From assembly GCA_964441155.1 (NCBI GenBank), contig CAYYKL010000001.1:88393-152392 (forward strand): a DNA stretch of 64,000 bases, given 5' to 3'. The position numbers were made by a program, and so were the translations under genes. Below, piece by piece: positions 10,622-21,707 of this stretch (position 1 is its first letter; every line of letters begins with the position of its first letter). This stretch comes from an uncultured Pseudomonadales bacterium. GTDB lineage: Bacteria; Patescibacteriota; Microgenomatia; UBA1400; RBG-16-45-19. Below the pieces are notes generated by a model. The model made no database searches. It was not told where the DNA came from and worked only from the letters and a program-made list of their open reading frames with translations.

Positions 10622-12186
10622 TAGTGTTTCCTCGTTATTGTTTTAATAATAAAGGTTAAGAGCATCCCAAACCAAGCTGTGATCCAAATCCCCAACATCG
10701 GCCATTTTGCAATTGATGCTTTGTATTGAGAAACTTGCTGGACAAAAACCGAAAATGATTCAAATGAATAGTATTGGCTTGTGATATACCACAAGCTATA
10801 TACACCCAATCCTACTAGTCCTAGCCTAAGCATTGCATTGAACTGCGCATGCCAGCTTTTCGGCACCAACTGAAGCCAGCCAAAATAAAGCAATGCCATC
10901 TGCGACACAATAAGTGGGAAAAAATACCTGCCTTGAATCCCATGGCCGAAACCAAGCTTTAATATAGCTGACAATTCCCAGGCCACCAAGCCGATACCAT
11001 ATCCAGCATTACCTAATGCCAATGCTAGCCACAACAGTGGATTGTCCCCATCAACTTGCTTGCGCATCACTTTTGCTGCATAAACAACCCATCCGACTAC
11101 GCTAATGACCGTCAAAAGCTTAAATGCTCGAATAAGAGGCAGCGGAAATACCACCCCGAGCCATTTAAATACTCCCCAATACCAAGGTAATGTTTCGCGA
11201 TAAAGTCGTGATACCAACACTTGAAGAGAGGTGAGTAAGTCTGGATTGGCAAACATATCGCTAAGTGACAGTGGCCAATAGGGCAACCAAAATCCTTGAT
11301 TGAAAAGTTTCATGAGCGCGAAGACTAAGCCTAAGCTAGCAGAGGACACGAGCAATGCTGCAAATATTTTTTTCACGCTACCCCGATGCCTGAAGTAGGC
11401 AATTAAACATGCGGCAATCATCAGTGGAGTCAACAAAAATATTGTTTGCTTGGTGAGCATGCCCAAACCGAAAAGCAGTGCGATTGCAAACATTCGTTGT
11501 ATGGAGTAACCATGTCGAATAAGTCGCAAGCATGCAAGGGTTATTGCACTTCCTATAACTGTCACGAGCGTGTCGTTATTGATGCCACTCGAAACAAATA
11601 CCAACATCGGATGAGAGGCAGTCACGGTGGCCAAGCCGAGAGCGTGCGATGAATGCTTGGGAAACAACTCTTTCCCTGTTTTATATGCTAGATAAATAAT
11701 CCCCGTAAATAAGACTGCTGAACCAATACGCACTAGAAGAACGCGTGTGAATAAATCAGCTCCATACACCAGTCGATACCAGGCAGAGCTGTACCAATAA
11801 AAAAGTGGCGGATAGTGGGGTGATTCACGTCCTACAAATACTTTTCTTGCCTCCACCGGGAGGCTTTTCAACTGCTGCTCTCTGGAACCATCAATTCCCG
11901 AAACATACGAAATTCTAAAGCTTGGATTACCAGTAAATTGATTATTCCCTCGCTCATCGCGCAAAGTTCCCAACACTCGCTCACTTTCGGCAATTTCTTG
12001 CGATAGATCTGCTGACCCTCGCGGATCTCGACCTAGTTCACTCGTGTTTTGCACTTGCGCAAAATGTGCTTGCTCATCGGGAAAATGCCAAATAGGCATG
12101 AGAGCTGCCCAGACAACTGATGAAAAAAATGCAGTCAGTAAAAGCAGAGTTTCAAGTTTGAGAAATGAACGTAATCGTTTGCGCAT
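10621..12186 (-). CDS. GT-C-like membrane protein (DUF2142-like)
   Basis: HFPDEQAHF, YPPLFY, INNDTL, GLGMLTK, IQGRYFFP. Confidence 0.78.
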   Translation of the reverse strand: MRKRLRSFLKLETLLLLTAFFSSVVWAALMPIWHFPDEQAHFAQVQNTSELGRDPRGSADLSQEIAESERVLGTLRDERGNNQFTGNPSFRISYVSGIDGSREQQLKSLPVEARKVFVGRESPHYPPLFYWYSSAWYRLVYGADLFTRVLLVRIGSAVLFTGIIYLAYKTGKELFPKHSSHALGLATVTASHPMLVFVSSGINNDTLVTVIGSAITLACLRLIRHGYSIQRMFAIALLFGLGMLTKQTIFLLTPLMIAACLIAYFRHRGSVKKIFAALLVSSASLGLVFALMKLFNQGFWLPYWPLSLSDMFANPDLLTSLQVLVSRLYRETLPWYWGVFKWLGVVFPLPLIRAFKLLTVISVVGWVVYAAKVMRKQVDGDNPLLWLALALGNAGYGIGLVAWELSAILKLGFGHGIQGRYFFPLIVSQMALLYFGWLQLVPKSWHAQFNAMLRLGLVGLGVYSLWYITSQYYSFESFSVFVQQVSQYKASIAKWPMLGIWITAWFGMLLTFIIKTITRKH

Positions 12187-12245
12187 AATTCGCTTCCAGA
12201 CCTACTATAGGCAATACAACTCTCTTTTGATAGACTTAAAGCCGT

Positions 12246-13235
12246 ATGAATGAACCATATACCGATAAAGCAATTTTAGTGACTGGTGGAGCTGGGTTTA
12301 TTGGCTCGCACCTCACTGATTATCTCTTAAACCTAGGCGCATTTGTCACGGTCGTGGACAATTTTATCACTGGCAACAAACAAAATTTATTGGGTGCTCT
12401 TGAAAACCCTCGCTTTCGCTTCATACAAGCCGATGCATCTCAACCACCAATGACGTACCTCCAGACTTCGAACGATGGCGCCATCGAACATTTTGACTAT
12501 ATTTTTCATTTCGCCTCCCCTGCTTCGCCTCGAGGCTATATGGATAAACCAATTGAAACCTATGAAGTAAATTCATTTGGTTCGCATTTCTTGGCTCAGT
12601 ATGCTCTCGAAACTGGTGCCACGGTCCTTTATGCCTCAACTTCAGAAAGCTATGGTGATCCACTGGAACACCCACAAAAAGAATCATATTGGGGAAATGT
12701 TAACCCCGTGGGGGTGAGATCCTGCTACGACGAATCCAAGCGGTTTGGCGAAATGGTTTTTTCAACCTGGGCAAGAGAGAAAAATCTCGATATGCGCATC
12801 GTGCGCATCTTCAACACCTACGGACCGCGTATGGACCCACGCGACGGCAGAGTCATTCCGAATTTTGTAAACCAAGCACTCAAAAACGAGCCCATCACTG
12901 TTCATGGTGATGGCACCCAAACCAGAAGCTTTTGTTATGTCGATGATTTAGTTCAATTTATCGTGCGCATGGCAGTAAGTTCTGAGGCTCGTGGTGAAGT
13001 CATCAACATTGGCAACCCGGACGAATACACCATGTTTGATTTTGCCCAAAAGGTTAAGGATTTAACTGGCAGTAATTCAGAAATTGTTTTTGTTGACCGC
13101 CCAAGCGATGATCCCAATAAACGAAAGCCAGATATTAGCAAAGCAAAAGCAGTTCTAAGCTACGAACCACAGATGAGCTTGGATGAAGGATTAAAAAAGA
13201 CGATTGAATTTTTCACTGAAAAAATCCATGCCTAA
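12246..13235 (+). CDS. uxs: UDP-glucuronate decarboxylase (UDP-xylose synthase), extended SDR
   Basis: GGAGFIG, ASPASP, ASTSESYGDP, YWGNVNPVGVRSCYDESKR, RIFNTYGPRM, DDPNKRKPDI. Confidence 0.92.
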   Translation: MNEPYTDKAILVTGGAGFIGSHLTDYLLNLGAFVTVVDNFITGNKQNLLGALENPRFRFIQADASQPPMTYLQTSNDGAIEHFDYIFHFASPASPRGYMDKPIETYEVNSFGSHFLAQYALETGATVLYASTSESYGDPLEHPQKESYWGNVNPVGVRSCYDESKRFGEMVFSTWAREKNLDMRIVRIFNTYGPRMDPRDGRVIPNFVNQALKNEPITVHGDGTQTRSFCYVDDLVQFIVRMAVSSEARGEVINIGNPDEYTMFDFAQKVKDLTGSNSEIVFVDRPSDDPNKRKPDISKAKAVLSYEPQMSLDEGLKKTIEFFTEKIHA

Positions 13236-14175
13236 AACAATTCTTGTTACTGGGGGAGCGGGTTTCATCGGTTCTCATTTGGTAGATAAACTTATTGATC
13301 GGGGTGATTCTGTTGTCCTTATTGATGAATTCAATGACTATTACAATCCTAAGATTAAGCGTCAAAATATTTCCCAACACGCTCATAATCCCAACTTTAA
13401 ATTGTATGAAACCGACATTCGGGACTCTATAACGATTAACCAAATCATAGAAACACATAAACCTGATTGTGTGGTTCACTTAGCCGCACGAGCCGGAGTG
13501 AGACCGTCTCTCCAAGATCCAAAACTCTATTACGACGTCAATGTCATGGGCACACTTAACGTTTTGGAAGCAATGAAACAAAACAACGTTCCCCAACTAG
13601 TCTTTGCTAGTTCTTCTAGTGTCTACGGCAATCGCGCTAGTGGACCATTTAAAGAAACTGACAATACTGACGCGCAAGTTTCTCCCTATGGCGCCAGCAA
13701 AAAAGCAGGTGAACTTTTATGCCACACCTACGCACACCTCTATGGCATTAAAACGACGTGCTTAAGATTTTTTACCGTCTTTGGCCCCAGAAACCGCCCC
13801 GACATGGCATGCTATCTCTTCACCAAAGCAATTTTGGATCAAAAACCCATAACCATGTTTGGCGATGGTTCAACGGGTAGAGACTATACATTTGTGGACG
13901 ACACTGTCTCGGGAATTCTGGAAGCCATAGACCAGCCTTTTGCTTTCGAAATCATCAACCTCGGCAATTCGTCGCCTGTGCTACTTGAAGACCTCATCGC
14001 ATCAATCGAAAAGGTCGCTGGAAAAAAAGCGAACATTATTCCTGGAGCACTTCAACCAGGCGACGTGCAACTCACCTATGCAGATATTTCCAGAGCCAAA
14101 TTACTACTCGGATGGGAACCGAAAATCTCTCTTGAAGCAGGCCTCAAATCTCTCCATACTTGGATGGTAGAATGA
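13228..14175 (+). CDS. UDP-glucuronate 4-epimerase-like SDR
   Basis: GGAGFIG, HLAARAGVRPS, ASSSSVYG, SPYGASKK, LRFFTVFGPRNRPDMA; ATG 13228. Confidence 0.85.
   Translation: MPKTILVTGGAGFIGSHLVDKLIDRGDSVVLIDEFNDYYNPKIKRQNISQHAHNPNFKLYETDIRDSITINQIIETHKPDCVVHLAARAGVRPSLQDPKLYYDVNVMGTLNVLEAMKQNNVPQLVFASSSSVYGNRASGPFKETDNTDAQVSPYGASKKAGELLCHTYAHLYGIKTTCLRFFTVFGPRNRPDMACYLFTKAILDQKPITMFGDGSTGRDYTFVDDTVSGILEAIDQPFAFEIINLGNSSPVLLEDLIASIEKVAGKKANIIPGALQPGDVQLTYADISRAKLLLGWEPKISLEAGLKSLHTWMVE
14165..14173 (+). promoter_or_regulatory. Candidate extended -10 (TGgTAGAAT) 6 nt upstream of the MNT start
   Basis: tggTAGAATgaacgcATG; no Shine-Dalgarno. Confidence 0.45.
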
Positions 14176-14179
14176 ACGC

Positions 14180-14467
14180 ATGAATAAGCAGTTAGAAAAC
14201 ATACAATCAAAAGCTCTGCCAATTTTAAAACAATATGGCGTAACTCAAGCGGGTATATTTGGATCAAGAGCCACTAATTTTGATTCCAAGTCTAGCGATG
14301 TGGATTTACTCATTGATGCGCCAGATTCACTATCTATATTTGACCTGCTTAAGCTCAAACATTCTCTGGAAGACTCACTGGGTATTCCCGTAGATTTAGT
14401 TGAATATAAGCTCCTCAAACCTTTTATTAAAAAGCGCGCACTCCAAGAAGAAATTAGGATTTTATGA
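14180..14467 (+). CDS. mntA: MNT (minimal nucleotidyltransferase) antitoxin
   Basis: 95 aa; GIFGSRA..SDVDLL (GS-x10-DxD) and VDLV. Confidence 0.9.
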   Translation: MNKQLENIQSKALPILKQYGVTQAGIFGSRATNFDSKSSDVDLLIDAPDSLSIFDLLKLKHSLEDSLGIPVDLVEYKLLKPFIKKRALQEEIRIL

Positions 14468-14811
14468 ATCCCGTTGATCCCCGCCAGCACCTTCAAGACG
14501 CGTTAGACTCTATCCAGCAAATTCAGCAGTATTTTGAAGGCAAAAAGTCTGTTGATCTTGAAGAAAATGATATGCTTTTTGATGCCATTTTGATGCGCTT
14601 GCAAGTAATCGGAGAGGCAGTCAAAAAATTACCCAAACCTATGCATGAGCAGCATCCCCAGATTCCTTGGCGAGAAATTATCGCCTTAAGAAATTATATT
14701 TCTCATGCATATAGCTTTTTAGATGCAAGCAGGTTTTACACCATAATTGTCGACGATTTACCTAAGTTGCAAAAAGTTTTGCGCGAATTATTTTCCAAAT
14801 CTGATCAATAG
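14464..14811 (+). CDS. hepT: HEPN (DUF86/HepT-like) RNase toxin
   Basis: 115 aa; [28 protein letters not shown] (R-x4-H-x-Y); ATGA-coupled to MNT. Confidence 0.9.
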   Translation: MNPVDPRQHLQDALDSIQQIQQYFEGKKSVDLEENDMLFDAILMRLQVIGEAVKKLPKPMHEQHPQIPWREIIALRNYISHAYSFLDASRFYTIIVDDLPKLQKVLRELFSKSDQ

Positions 14812-14822
14812 GTTTTATTTCC

Positions 14823-15758
14823 ATGAATAACACTTTTTGGCAAAAAAAACGCGTTTTGGTCACTGGTGCTCATGGCTTTTTGGGCAAACACTTAGTTGAT
14901 CAACTCAGAAAGACTAAAGCTGAACTGATTACTCCAACTTCAGATGAGTGCGATCTTCGAGACTTGAGTCAAGTTCAACGAATTGTCAAAGACATTGATA
15001 TTGTCATTCACTTAGCTGCCAAAGTCGGTGGCATTGGTTACAATCAACAAATTCCGGGAGAAATGTTTTACGACAATGTGATCATGGGCGCCCAGCTCAT
15101 GGAAGAGTCTCGCAAAGCAGGGGTGAAAAAATTTGTAGCTCTAGGCACCATTTGCGCTTATCCGAAATTTACGCCCATTCCTTTCAAAGAAGAGGATTTG
15201 TGGAATGGCTATCCAGAAGAAACCAACGCTCCCTATGGCCTGGCCAAAAAAATGCTGCTGGTCCAGGCACAAGCCTATAGGCAACAATATGGTTTTAATG
15301 CCATTTATTTGCTCCCCGTGAATATGTATGGACCGGGTGATAACTTCGACCCGGAGTCTTCGCACGTTATCCCAGCACTCATCAAAAAATTCATTGAGGC
15401 TAAAGACAAAAAGCAAAAGACAGTTTCTGTTTGGGGCACCGGCAATCCTACCCGAGAATTTCTCTATGTCGAAGATGCAGCTCGAGGGATAATTCTAGCA
15501 ACTGAAAAATATAACGGCAGCGAACCTGTCAACTTAGGCAGCAGCCACGAAATTAGCATTCGTGAACTTGCCGAAACAATTAAAGATTTGATCGGTTATG
15601 ATGGAGCCATTGCGTGGGATGTCTCAAAACCCGACGGCCAACCAAGGAGAAAGCTGGATACGAATAAAGCAAAAGATCTTTTTGCTTTTGAAGCTTCAAC
15701 AAACTTTACTAATGGATTGCCGAGAGCAATTGACTGGTATCGACAAAAACGTGACTAA
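14823..15758 (+). CDS. fcl: GDP-L-fucose synthase family epimerase/reductase
   Basis: [66 protein letters not shown]. Confidence 0.9.
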   Translation: MNNTFWQKKRVLVTGAHGFLGKHLVDQLRKTKAELITPTSDECDLRDLSQVQRIVKDIDIVIHLAAKVGGIGYNQQIPGEMFYDNVIMGAQLMEESRKAGVKKFVALGTICAYPKFTPIPFKEEDLWNGYPEETNAPYGLAKKMLLVQAQAYRQQYGFNAIYLLPVNMYGPGDNFDPESSHVIPALIKKFIEAKDKKQKTVSVWGTGNPTREFLYVEDAARGIILATEKYNGSEPVNLGSSHEISIRELAETIKDLIGYDGAIAWDVSKPDGQPRRKLDTNKAKDLFAFEASTNFTNGLPRAIDWYRQKRD

Positions 15759-16569
15759 AACCACTGTTATTACTCCAAAATCTTCCATTTTTTCAATGGC
15801 TTACTTGATGGAAATTGTCGAGTTTCGGGATCTATTAAAAACGTTTGTTTCAAGAGATATTCGCGTACGCTATAAGCAAACAATTATTGGCGGAGCCTGG
15901 GCAATCGCACAGCCTTTTGCAACAATGGTAGTTTTCTCCTTCTTCTTTGGAAAATTGGCTAAAATGCCTTCGGACAACATTCCTTATCCAATTTTTTCTT
16001 ATGCTGGCCTTCTGCTTTGGACCTATTTTTCTAACGCCCTCACCACATCGGCAAGTAGCTTAGTAGGAAACACCAATTTGATCACAAAAATATATTTTCC
16101 ACGTATTATTATTCCAGTGGCTGCCACTCTGACTGGACTTCTTGATTATGCAATTTCCTTTATCATTATGGTTGGAATGATAATTTGGTTCCAGACGCCT
16201 ATAAGTTGGAATATTTTGTTTTTACCTTTAGTGCTAATTATCACCTGGTTACTTGCATGTGGCTTGGGTCTTTGGCTGTCAGCACTCAATGTTAAATTCC
16301 GTGATGTTCGCTTCGTAATCCCATTTTTTTTACAGTTGTTAATGTATATTACTCCAGTCATTTATCCAGCATCTGTTGCTGATCGATTTCGCTTTGTTTT
16401 AGCACTTAATCCAATGACTGGACTAATTGAAACTCATCGAGCAGTGTTGCTGGCTCAAAAAATTCCTTGGATAGAATTGAGCTGGTCGGTAGTCTATACC
16501 CTCCTTATTGTAATTTTTGGTGTTGTATATTTTAGAAAAGTAGAGAGAAGTTTTGCGGACATAATCTGA
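15751..16569 (+). CDS. wzm: ABC-2 polysaccharide export permease
   Basis: [45 protein letters not shown]; likely GTG 15751 or ATG 15796 (track 15598 over-extended). Confidence 0.92.
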   Translation: MTKTTVITPKSSIFSMAYLMEIVEFRDLLKTFVSRDIRVRYKQTIIGGAWAIAQPFATMVVFSFFFGKLAKMPSDNIPYPIFSYAGLLLWTYFSNALTTSASSLVGNTNLITKIYFPRIIIPVAATLTGLLDYAISFIIMVGMIIWFQTPISWNILFLPLVLIITWLLACGLGLWLSALNVKFRDVRFVIPFFLQLLMYITPVIYPASVADRFRFVLALNPMTGLIETHRAVLLAQKIPWIELSWSVVYTLLIVIFGVVYFRKVERSFADII

Positions 16570-16571
16570 GT

Positions 16572-17819
16572 ATGAACAATGACACAGTTATTCAAGTTGA
16601 AAATTTGGCCAAATTTTATCGCATAGGCGAGCGTCAGTCGTATCTTACGCTTAGAGACCAACTTGCTCGATTAGCGCTTTCTCCCTTTACATCTCGAAAA
16701 ACTGATCCTGTCAATGAATTTTGGGCTTTGCGTGATGTTTCATTTGAAGTAGCTCGGGGGGAAGTAGTGGGAATTATTGGAAAAAACGGTGCTGGAAAAT
16801 CGACGCTTCTGAAAATCATTTCTCGTATTACTGAGCCAAGCGCAGGTAAAATTACCTTGCACGGCAGTGTGGCTTCGCTGCTAGAGGTAGGCACAGGGTT
16901 TTCTCCAGAATTAACTGGCCGAGAAAATATTTTTCTTAATGGTTCAATTCTGGGTATGTCTAAGCAAGAAATAAGGAAAAAATTTGACGAAATTGTTGAT
17001 TTTTCTGGCGTGGAACAATTTTTAGATACACCAGTCAAACGCTATTCATCTGGCATGTATGTTCGTCTAGCCTTTGCAGTTGCAGCTCATTTAGACTCAG
17101 AAATTTTATTGGTTGATGAAGTATTGGCAGTTGGAGACGTTGAATTCCAAAAGAAGTGCTTACAAAAAATGCAGGCTATTACCAAGGGAGGCAGAACCAT
17201 ATTGTTCGTCAGTCATAACTTGGCTGCTATCGAGGCGTTGTGTAACCGAGGAATTATTTTAGAAACAGGAAGAGTTACCTATAGTGGAAAATCTTCTAAC
17301 GCCGTGCGCCATTATTTAGAACAGCAAAAAGTCCCATCGGATGAAAATTTGTTAAATAGGAAAGACAGACAAGGTGATGGAAGAGTGAAAATTAGTGGAT
17401 TTAGAATTCTAAATCAACAAAAAGAAATCGTAAGCTCAATGATGAGCGGAGACAATTATTGCTTTGAGATCGACTACCATAAATTTGTATCTGAAAAGCT
17501 CAAGAATGTGGTGGTGGGAATTAGTATTTATGATGAATTAAATATTCGTGTTATGGAGTTGCGCACATCATTTTCTAATGCAAATTTGAGCCTGACTGAG
17601 CAAAAGGGTAAAATCCAATGCTTAGTCAACGACTTGCCATTGACATTAGGAAGTTATACTTTTTCGTTAATTTTGACAGCTAATGATATAGAAATGCATG
17701 ATCTTCTCGAGTCTGCATACGCTTCTAGTGTTGATGGTGGTGATTTTTTTGGTACGGGAAAAGTTGGTAATCCTGATCGCTGCAAAATTCTTATAAGAAC
17801 TTCATGGCTATTGGGCTGA
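16572..17819 (+). CDS. wzt: ABC polysaccharide export ATPase with C-terminal Wzt_C domain
   Basis: GKNGAGKST, YSSGMYVRLAF, LLVDEVLAVGD, VSH; about 160-aa beta-rich C-terminal extension. Confidence 0.93.
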   Translation: MNNDTVIQVENLAKFYRIGERQSYLTLRDQLARLALSPFTSRKTDPVNEFWALRDVSFEVARGEVVGIIGKNGAGKSTLLKIISRITEPSAGKITLHGSVASLLEVGTGFSPELTGRENIFLNGSILGMSKQEIRKKFDEIVDFSGVEQFLDTPVKRYSSGMYVRLAFAVAAHLDSEILLVDEVLAVGDVEFQKKCLQKMQAITKGGRTILFVSHNLAAIEALCNRGIILETGRVTYSGKSSNAVRHYLEQQKVPSDENLLNRKDRQGDGRVKISGFRILNQQKEIVSSMMSGDNYCFEIDYHKFVSEKLKNVVVGISIYDELNIRVMELRTSFSNANLSLTEQKGKIQCLVNDLPLTLGSYTFSLILTANDIEMHDLLESAYASSVDGGDFFGTGKVGNPDRCKILIRTSWLLG

Positions 17820-17828
17820 ATTATTCGT

Positions 17829-19028
17829 ATGTTGAAGAAATTACTACCCCTTGTTTCTCGAGCCTTTGGATCTACCGGCAAATTATTGATTCGGGCTGCA
17901 AAACAAATGCACACCTACGAGTTTTTTGAAAATATCAACACAACTAAGCTTCCTGCCAAATCCAAAAGAGCGCTTATTATTTATGACACCTATGCTCTGC
18001 CTTATTTTTTGAATGATAAATTGGAATCATTCCCATATTTACAGAGCCATACAATGTACTGGGAAAGTTGCGAATTAGCACGTCTATTGAATCAATATGG
18101 ATACATTGTCGATTATTTGCATTACGCTTCAGATCGATCAATTGCATGGGAGAAGTATAGCCTTGTGATTGATTCTATGAACCATTTGCCAAATCATACG
18201 GTTAAAGGACAACAACGAGTTTACTACACAACACATTGTCATTGGTTATTTAATAATCAAGCAGAACTGCGAAGGCTCAATCAATTTCGAACTCGACATC
18301 ACCTTAACTTGCCACCAACACGCCAACTCACTTTTGGAAATGCTGATGAACAAGCTGACTACCTTACTTACTTTGGAACCGATTTTTTGCTAAACTCCGG
18401 ATATAGTCACGATCTAAAATCGTTTCCCTTGTCGATTAGCAGCTGCTACTCACCAACTACTTTTTCAGATGTTTCGAGCAAAGATTTATCTCAATTTTTA
18501 TGGTTAGGAGGTGCAGGAGGTGTGCACAAAGGGTTAGACTTGGCTGTTGAGGCAATTGAAAAAATACCCCAGGCGAAACTTCATGTTGTAGGTGGTTTTG
18601 AGTCTGAACCTCAATTTGACCACTGGTTAAAAGCGAGAAGTCGAAATGAGCCTAGAATTATTCTTCATGGTAGATTGCAAACTGATTCAGCGGTCTTTGA
18701 GCAAATTGCCCAAAATTGCATTGGAATCGTCTACCCCAGTTGCGCCGAGGGAGGTCCGGGATCGGTAGCGCAAGCATTGCACTTTGGATTGATACCCATA
18801 GTCACCAATAGCAGCAATGTTCGAGCAGAAGATTTGGGTTTTGTGATTTCTGAGCATGATGACGTGCCCATAATTGATTCTCTTATGGGACATATCGAAA
18901 CAGTGATGTCAATGCAGGTTAGTCAAGCAAACAAGCACAAGCGAACGATTAGAGCATATGCGCAGTCTCATCATACGCGCCAAGCATATTCTCAAAGCAT
19001 TATTCAACTCATAGAGGAATTCCAATGA
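17829..19028 (+). CDS. GT-B (GT4-like) glycosyltransferase
   Basis: HKGLDLAVEA, YPSCAEGGPGSVAQALHFGLIP. Confidence 0.8.
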   Translation: MLKKLLPLVSRAFGSTGKLLIRAAKQMHTYEFFENINTTKLPAKSKRALIIYDTYALPYFLNDKLESFPYLQSHTMYWESCELARLLNQYGYIVDYLHYASDRSIAWEKYSLVIDSMNHLPNHTVKGQQRVYYTTHCHWLFNNQAELRRLNQFRTRHHLNLPPTRQLTFGNADEQADYLTYFGTDFLLNSGYSHDLKSFPLSISSCYSPTTFSDVSSKDLSQFLWLGGAGGVHKGLDLAVEAIEKIPQAKLHVVGGFESEPQFDHWLKARSRNEPRIILHGRLQTDSAVFEQIAQNCIGIVYPSCAEGGPGSVAQALHFGLIPIVTNSSNVRAEDLGFVISEHDDVPIIDSLMGHIETVMSMQVSQANKHKRTIRAYAQSHHTRQAYSQSIIQLIEEFQ

Positions 19029-20041
19029 CTTTGATCTCTAATGGGTTGCGATACCTAACAAATAGCTGCAGACAATGGCAGCGAGTGAGTATTAGGAATC
19101 GTCAGCGTGATGATATGGCTAAAATCTATGATGGAATGGTTGAGCGGGTTCCCGCCAAAACCATAAAAAAACACATTCATTCAAAAATGGCTCCTGAAAT
19201 TGAAAGAATTATTGACTTCGTAGATCGATATCGAACTTTAGAACCACCTTCGATTCCTCAACGAAACTACACCTCTATATCAGTGGTTATTCCTCATTAT
19301 CACCACTATGAATACTTAGATCTTGCTTTGACTTACCTAGAACGTCAGACAGATAAAGCAGAAGAGGTGCTCATAGTCGATGATATTTCTCCTGATCAGT
19401 CTAGACTGCTCTCTGTGATTAAAGCTCACCAAAAAAAATTACCACTTCGTCTCCTTAAGCCAAAGTTAAAATTGTATCCGGCGAAAGCCAGACAGTATGG
19501 CGCTGAAAACGCCAAAAGTGATGTATTGCTTATGCATGATGCTGACGATATCTCGCATAAAAATCGGATAGCATTAACCAGGTCTTTCTTTCAATCTAAT
19601 AAAAACGCTATGCAGCTAAATATTGGCTATGTGGAATTTTATAAGAAAGCTTTTTTTGATTATTTGGGGGATTTTTCAAATCTGATTTTGGATGATTACG
19701 TAGTGACCACGTCTGAAATTATCCAAGCAATGCGGGCGAAATTTATTAACCAACAACTTTCCATCCCCGATGCTTTCCGAGTACATTTTGGCGGATATGG
19801 CGCTAAGGGTAAATTTGGTTTCTTACCTCAATCCGGGCATGTTGCGTATCGAAAAGAAGTGGTTTCCCAAGTGGCTTGGACCTCCACACCAACCAACTAT
19901 ATTTTTACCCATTTTGAAGACTTTGAGTTTAATTTTTTATTATTGCTTGCTTTTCAAGCATCCTATCAATTGGATATACCCTTGATCTATTATCGTCGAT
20001 TCACGTCTACCAATGTTGTGAGTAATTATCGAGTTATTTGA
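19025..20041 (+). CDS. GT2 glycosyltransferase
   Basis: ISVVIPHY, IVDDIS, ARQYG, HDADD, FEDFEF. Confidence 0.85.
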   Translation: MTLISNGLRYLTNSCRQWQRVSIRNRQRDDMAKIYDGMVERVPAKTIKKHIHSKMAPEIERIIDFVDRYRTLEPPSIPQRNYTSISVVIPHYHHYEYLDLALTYLERQTDKAEEVLIVDDISPDQSRLLSVIKAHQKKLPLRLLKPKLKLYPAKARQYGAENAKSDVLLMHDADDISHKNRIALTRSFFQSNKNAMQLNIGYVEFYKKAFFDYLGDFSNLILDDYVVTTSEIIQAMRAKFINQQLSIPDAFRVHFGGYGAKGKFGFLPQSGHVAYRKEVVSQVAWTSTPTNYIFTHFEDFEFNFLLLLAFQASYQLDIPLIYYRRFTSTNVVSNYRVI

Positions 20042-20052
20042 TAGAATGAAGT

Positions 20053-20829
20053 ATGAAAAATAAAATATTAAACCCGCTGAGGCGGGCTATTCTTATCGCG
20101 GTTCACCAAAGTCGAGAAGGTCACATTCCAAGTGCATTGTCGATTTTAGACATCGTATGGGTATTGTATGACGGTATCCTACGGATTAACTCAACATCAG
20201 TATCTGACCCAAATCGTGATTTCTTTATATTGAGTAAGGGCCAAGCTTCGCTGGCGCTGTACACCGTGTTGGCAGAGAAAGGATTTATTACTCACGAGGA
20301 TGTTCAGCACTATTGCAATATTGATGGCATTTTAGGAGGACATCCGGATCGTACAAAAGTGCCTGGAGTTGAAGTGTCTACCGGATCTCTAGGCCATGGC
20401 TTTCCTATGGCAGTGGGCATTGCCCTGGGAAACCGACTAGCAAAACGCACTAATCGCACATTCGCATTAATTGGGGACGGAGAAGCAAATGAAGGCACAG
20501 TTTGGGAGGCAGCTCTCTTGGGTGCCCATCACAAACTTTCAAATTTAACATTGATTATTGATCATAACCACTCGACAGATCGGGCTTTAATGGTAGATGA
20601 TCTGGCTCAAAAATTTAATAGTTTCGGCTGGTGTGTTTTGGAAACCAATGGACATGACCACGCCCAGCTTGAAACTGCATTAACAACTACAGATCCCATT
20701 AAACCTATGGCTATTGTTGCCCACACAATAAAAGGCCACGGCATTCCTGAAATGGAAAATAATTGGTCCTGGCATCATAAAGCACCGACCGATGATGAGT
20801 TATCCGTTTTCTTGAAGGAATTGAAATGA
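20053..20829 (+). CDS. Transketolase N-terminal (ThDP-binding) subunit
   Basis: EGHIPSALS, FILSKG, GHP, STGSLGHG, GDGEANEG..WEA, HTIKGHG, WHHK. Confidence 0.92.
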   Translation: MKNKILNPLRRAILIAVHQSREGHIPSALSILDIVWVLYDGILRINSTSVSDPNRDFFILSKGQASLALYTVLAEKGFITHEDVQHYCNIDGILGGHPDRTKVPGVEVSTGSLGHGFPMAVGIALGNRLAKRTNRTFALIGDGEANEGTVWEAALLGAHHKLSNLTLIIDHNHSTDRALMVDDLAQKFNSFGWCVLETNGHDHAQLETALTTTDPIKPMAIVAHTIKGHGIPEMENNWSWHHKAPTDDELSVFLKELK

Positions 20830-21707
20830 GAAAACAATTCGCAAGCACTGTCGGCGAATTGATGGGTCAGAATGAACGAGTGGTAACCTTGTTGGGTGAT
20901 ATTGGAGTGTGGGGTTTTAACCAAGTGTTTACAGACTATCCGGAGCGCATATACAACGTTGGTATACTCGAGCAAGCCACTATTAGCATGGCGGCTGGGC
21001 TGGCATTAACTGGGTTTATTCCGGTAGTTCATACCATTGCCCCTTTCTTGGTTGAGCGTGCTTTGGAACAACTAAAAGATGATTTTGGCTATCAGCACTT
21101 GGGTGGCAACTTTGTGAGCGTGGGAGCTTCGTATGATTACGCTAGCCTAGGCTGCACTCATCATTGTCCGGCGGATGTAGGCATCTTGAGTCGGATTCCG
21201 GGCATGGAGATTATTGTGCCGGGTACGGCAGTAGAATTTGATCAATTGTTTCGTTTTTACTATGACGACGGCAATCCAACCTATTTCCGATTAAGCGAAC
21301 GTAGTAATACCGAAAGTAATTTTACAGAACCTGGCAAGGCTGTGGCGATTCAATCAGGAAAGCAAGCCACTATTGTGTGCGTGGGACCAACTCTCGATCG
21401 AGTGATGGAAGCTGCGACGAACAAAGATGTTGGTGTTATATACTACTCAGTGGTCAAACCATTTGATGCAGAAACCTTACGAGAAACAACATATTCAGAT
21501 AAAGTACTGTTGGTTGAACCCTATTATGAGGGCGTATTAACCAGTGAGGTGACTCGAGCATTTTATCCGAAAGCAATTAAACTTGACTACATGGGAGTGC
21601 CACACACCTTTTTGCATAATTATGGCAATGCTGAGCAGCATGACGCGCAAATTAACTTAACTGCCGATGCGATAGCCAATCGCCTAGAAAGGTTGATTCA
21701 TGCATAA
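20826..21707 (+). CDS. Transketolase C-terminal (pyrimidine-binding) subunit
   Basis: NVGILEQ, RALEQ, LGCTHH, PTYFRL, VKPFD; ATGA-coupled. Confidence 0.9.
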   Translation: MRKQFASTVGELMGQNERVVTLLGDIGVWGFNQVFTDYPERIYNVGILEQATISMAAGLALTGFIPVVHTIAPFLVERALEQLKDDFGYQHLGGNFVSVGASYDYASLGCTHHCPADVGILSRIPGMEIIVPGTAVEFDQLFRFYYDDGNPTYFRLSERSNTESNFTEPGKAVAIQSGKQATIVCVGPTLDRVMEAATNKDVGVIYYSVVKPFDAETLRETTYSDKVLLVEPYYEGVLTSEVTRAFYPKAIKLDYMGVPHTFLHNYGNAEQHDAQINLTADAIANRLERLIHA

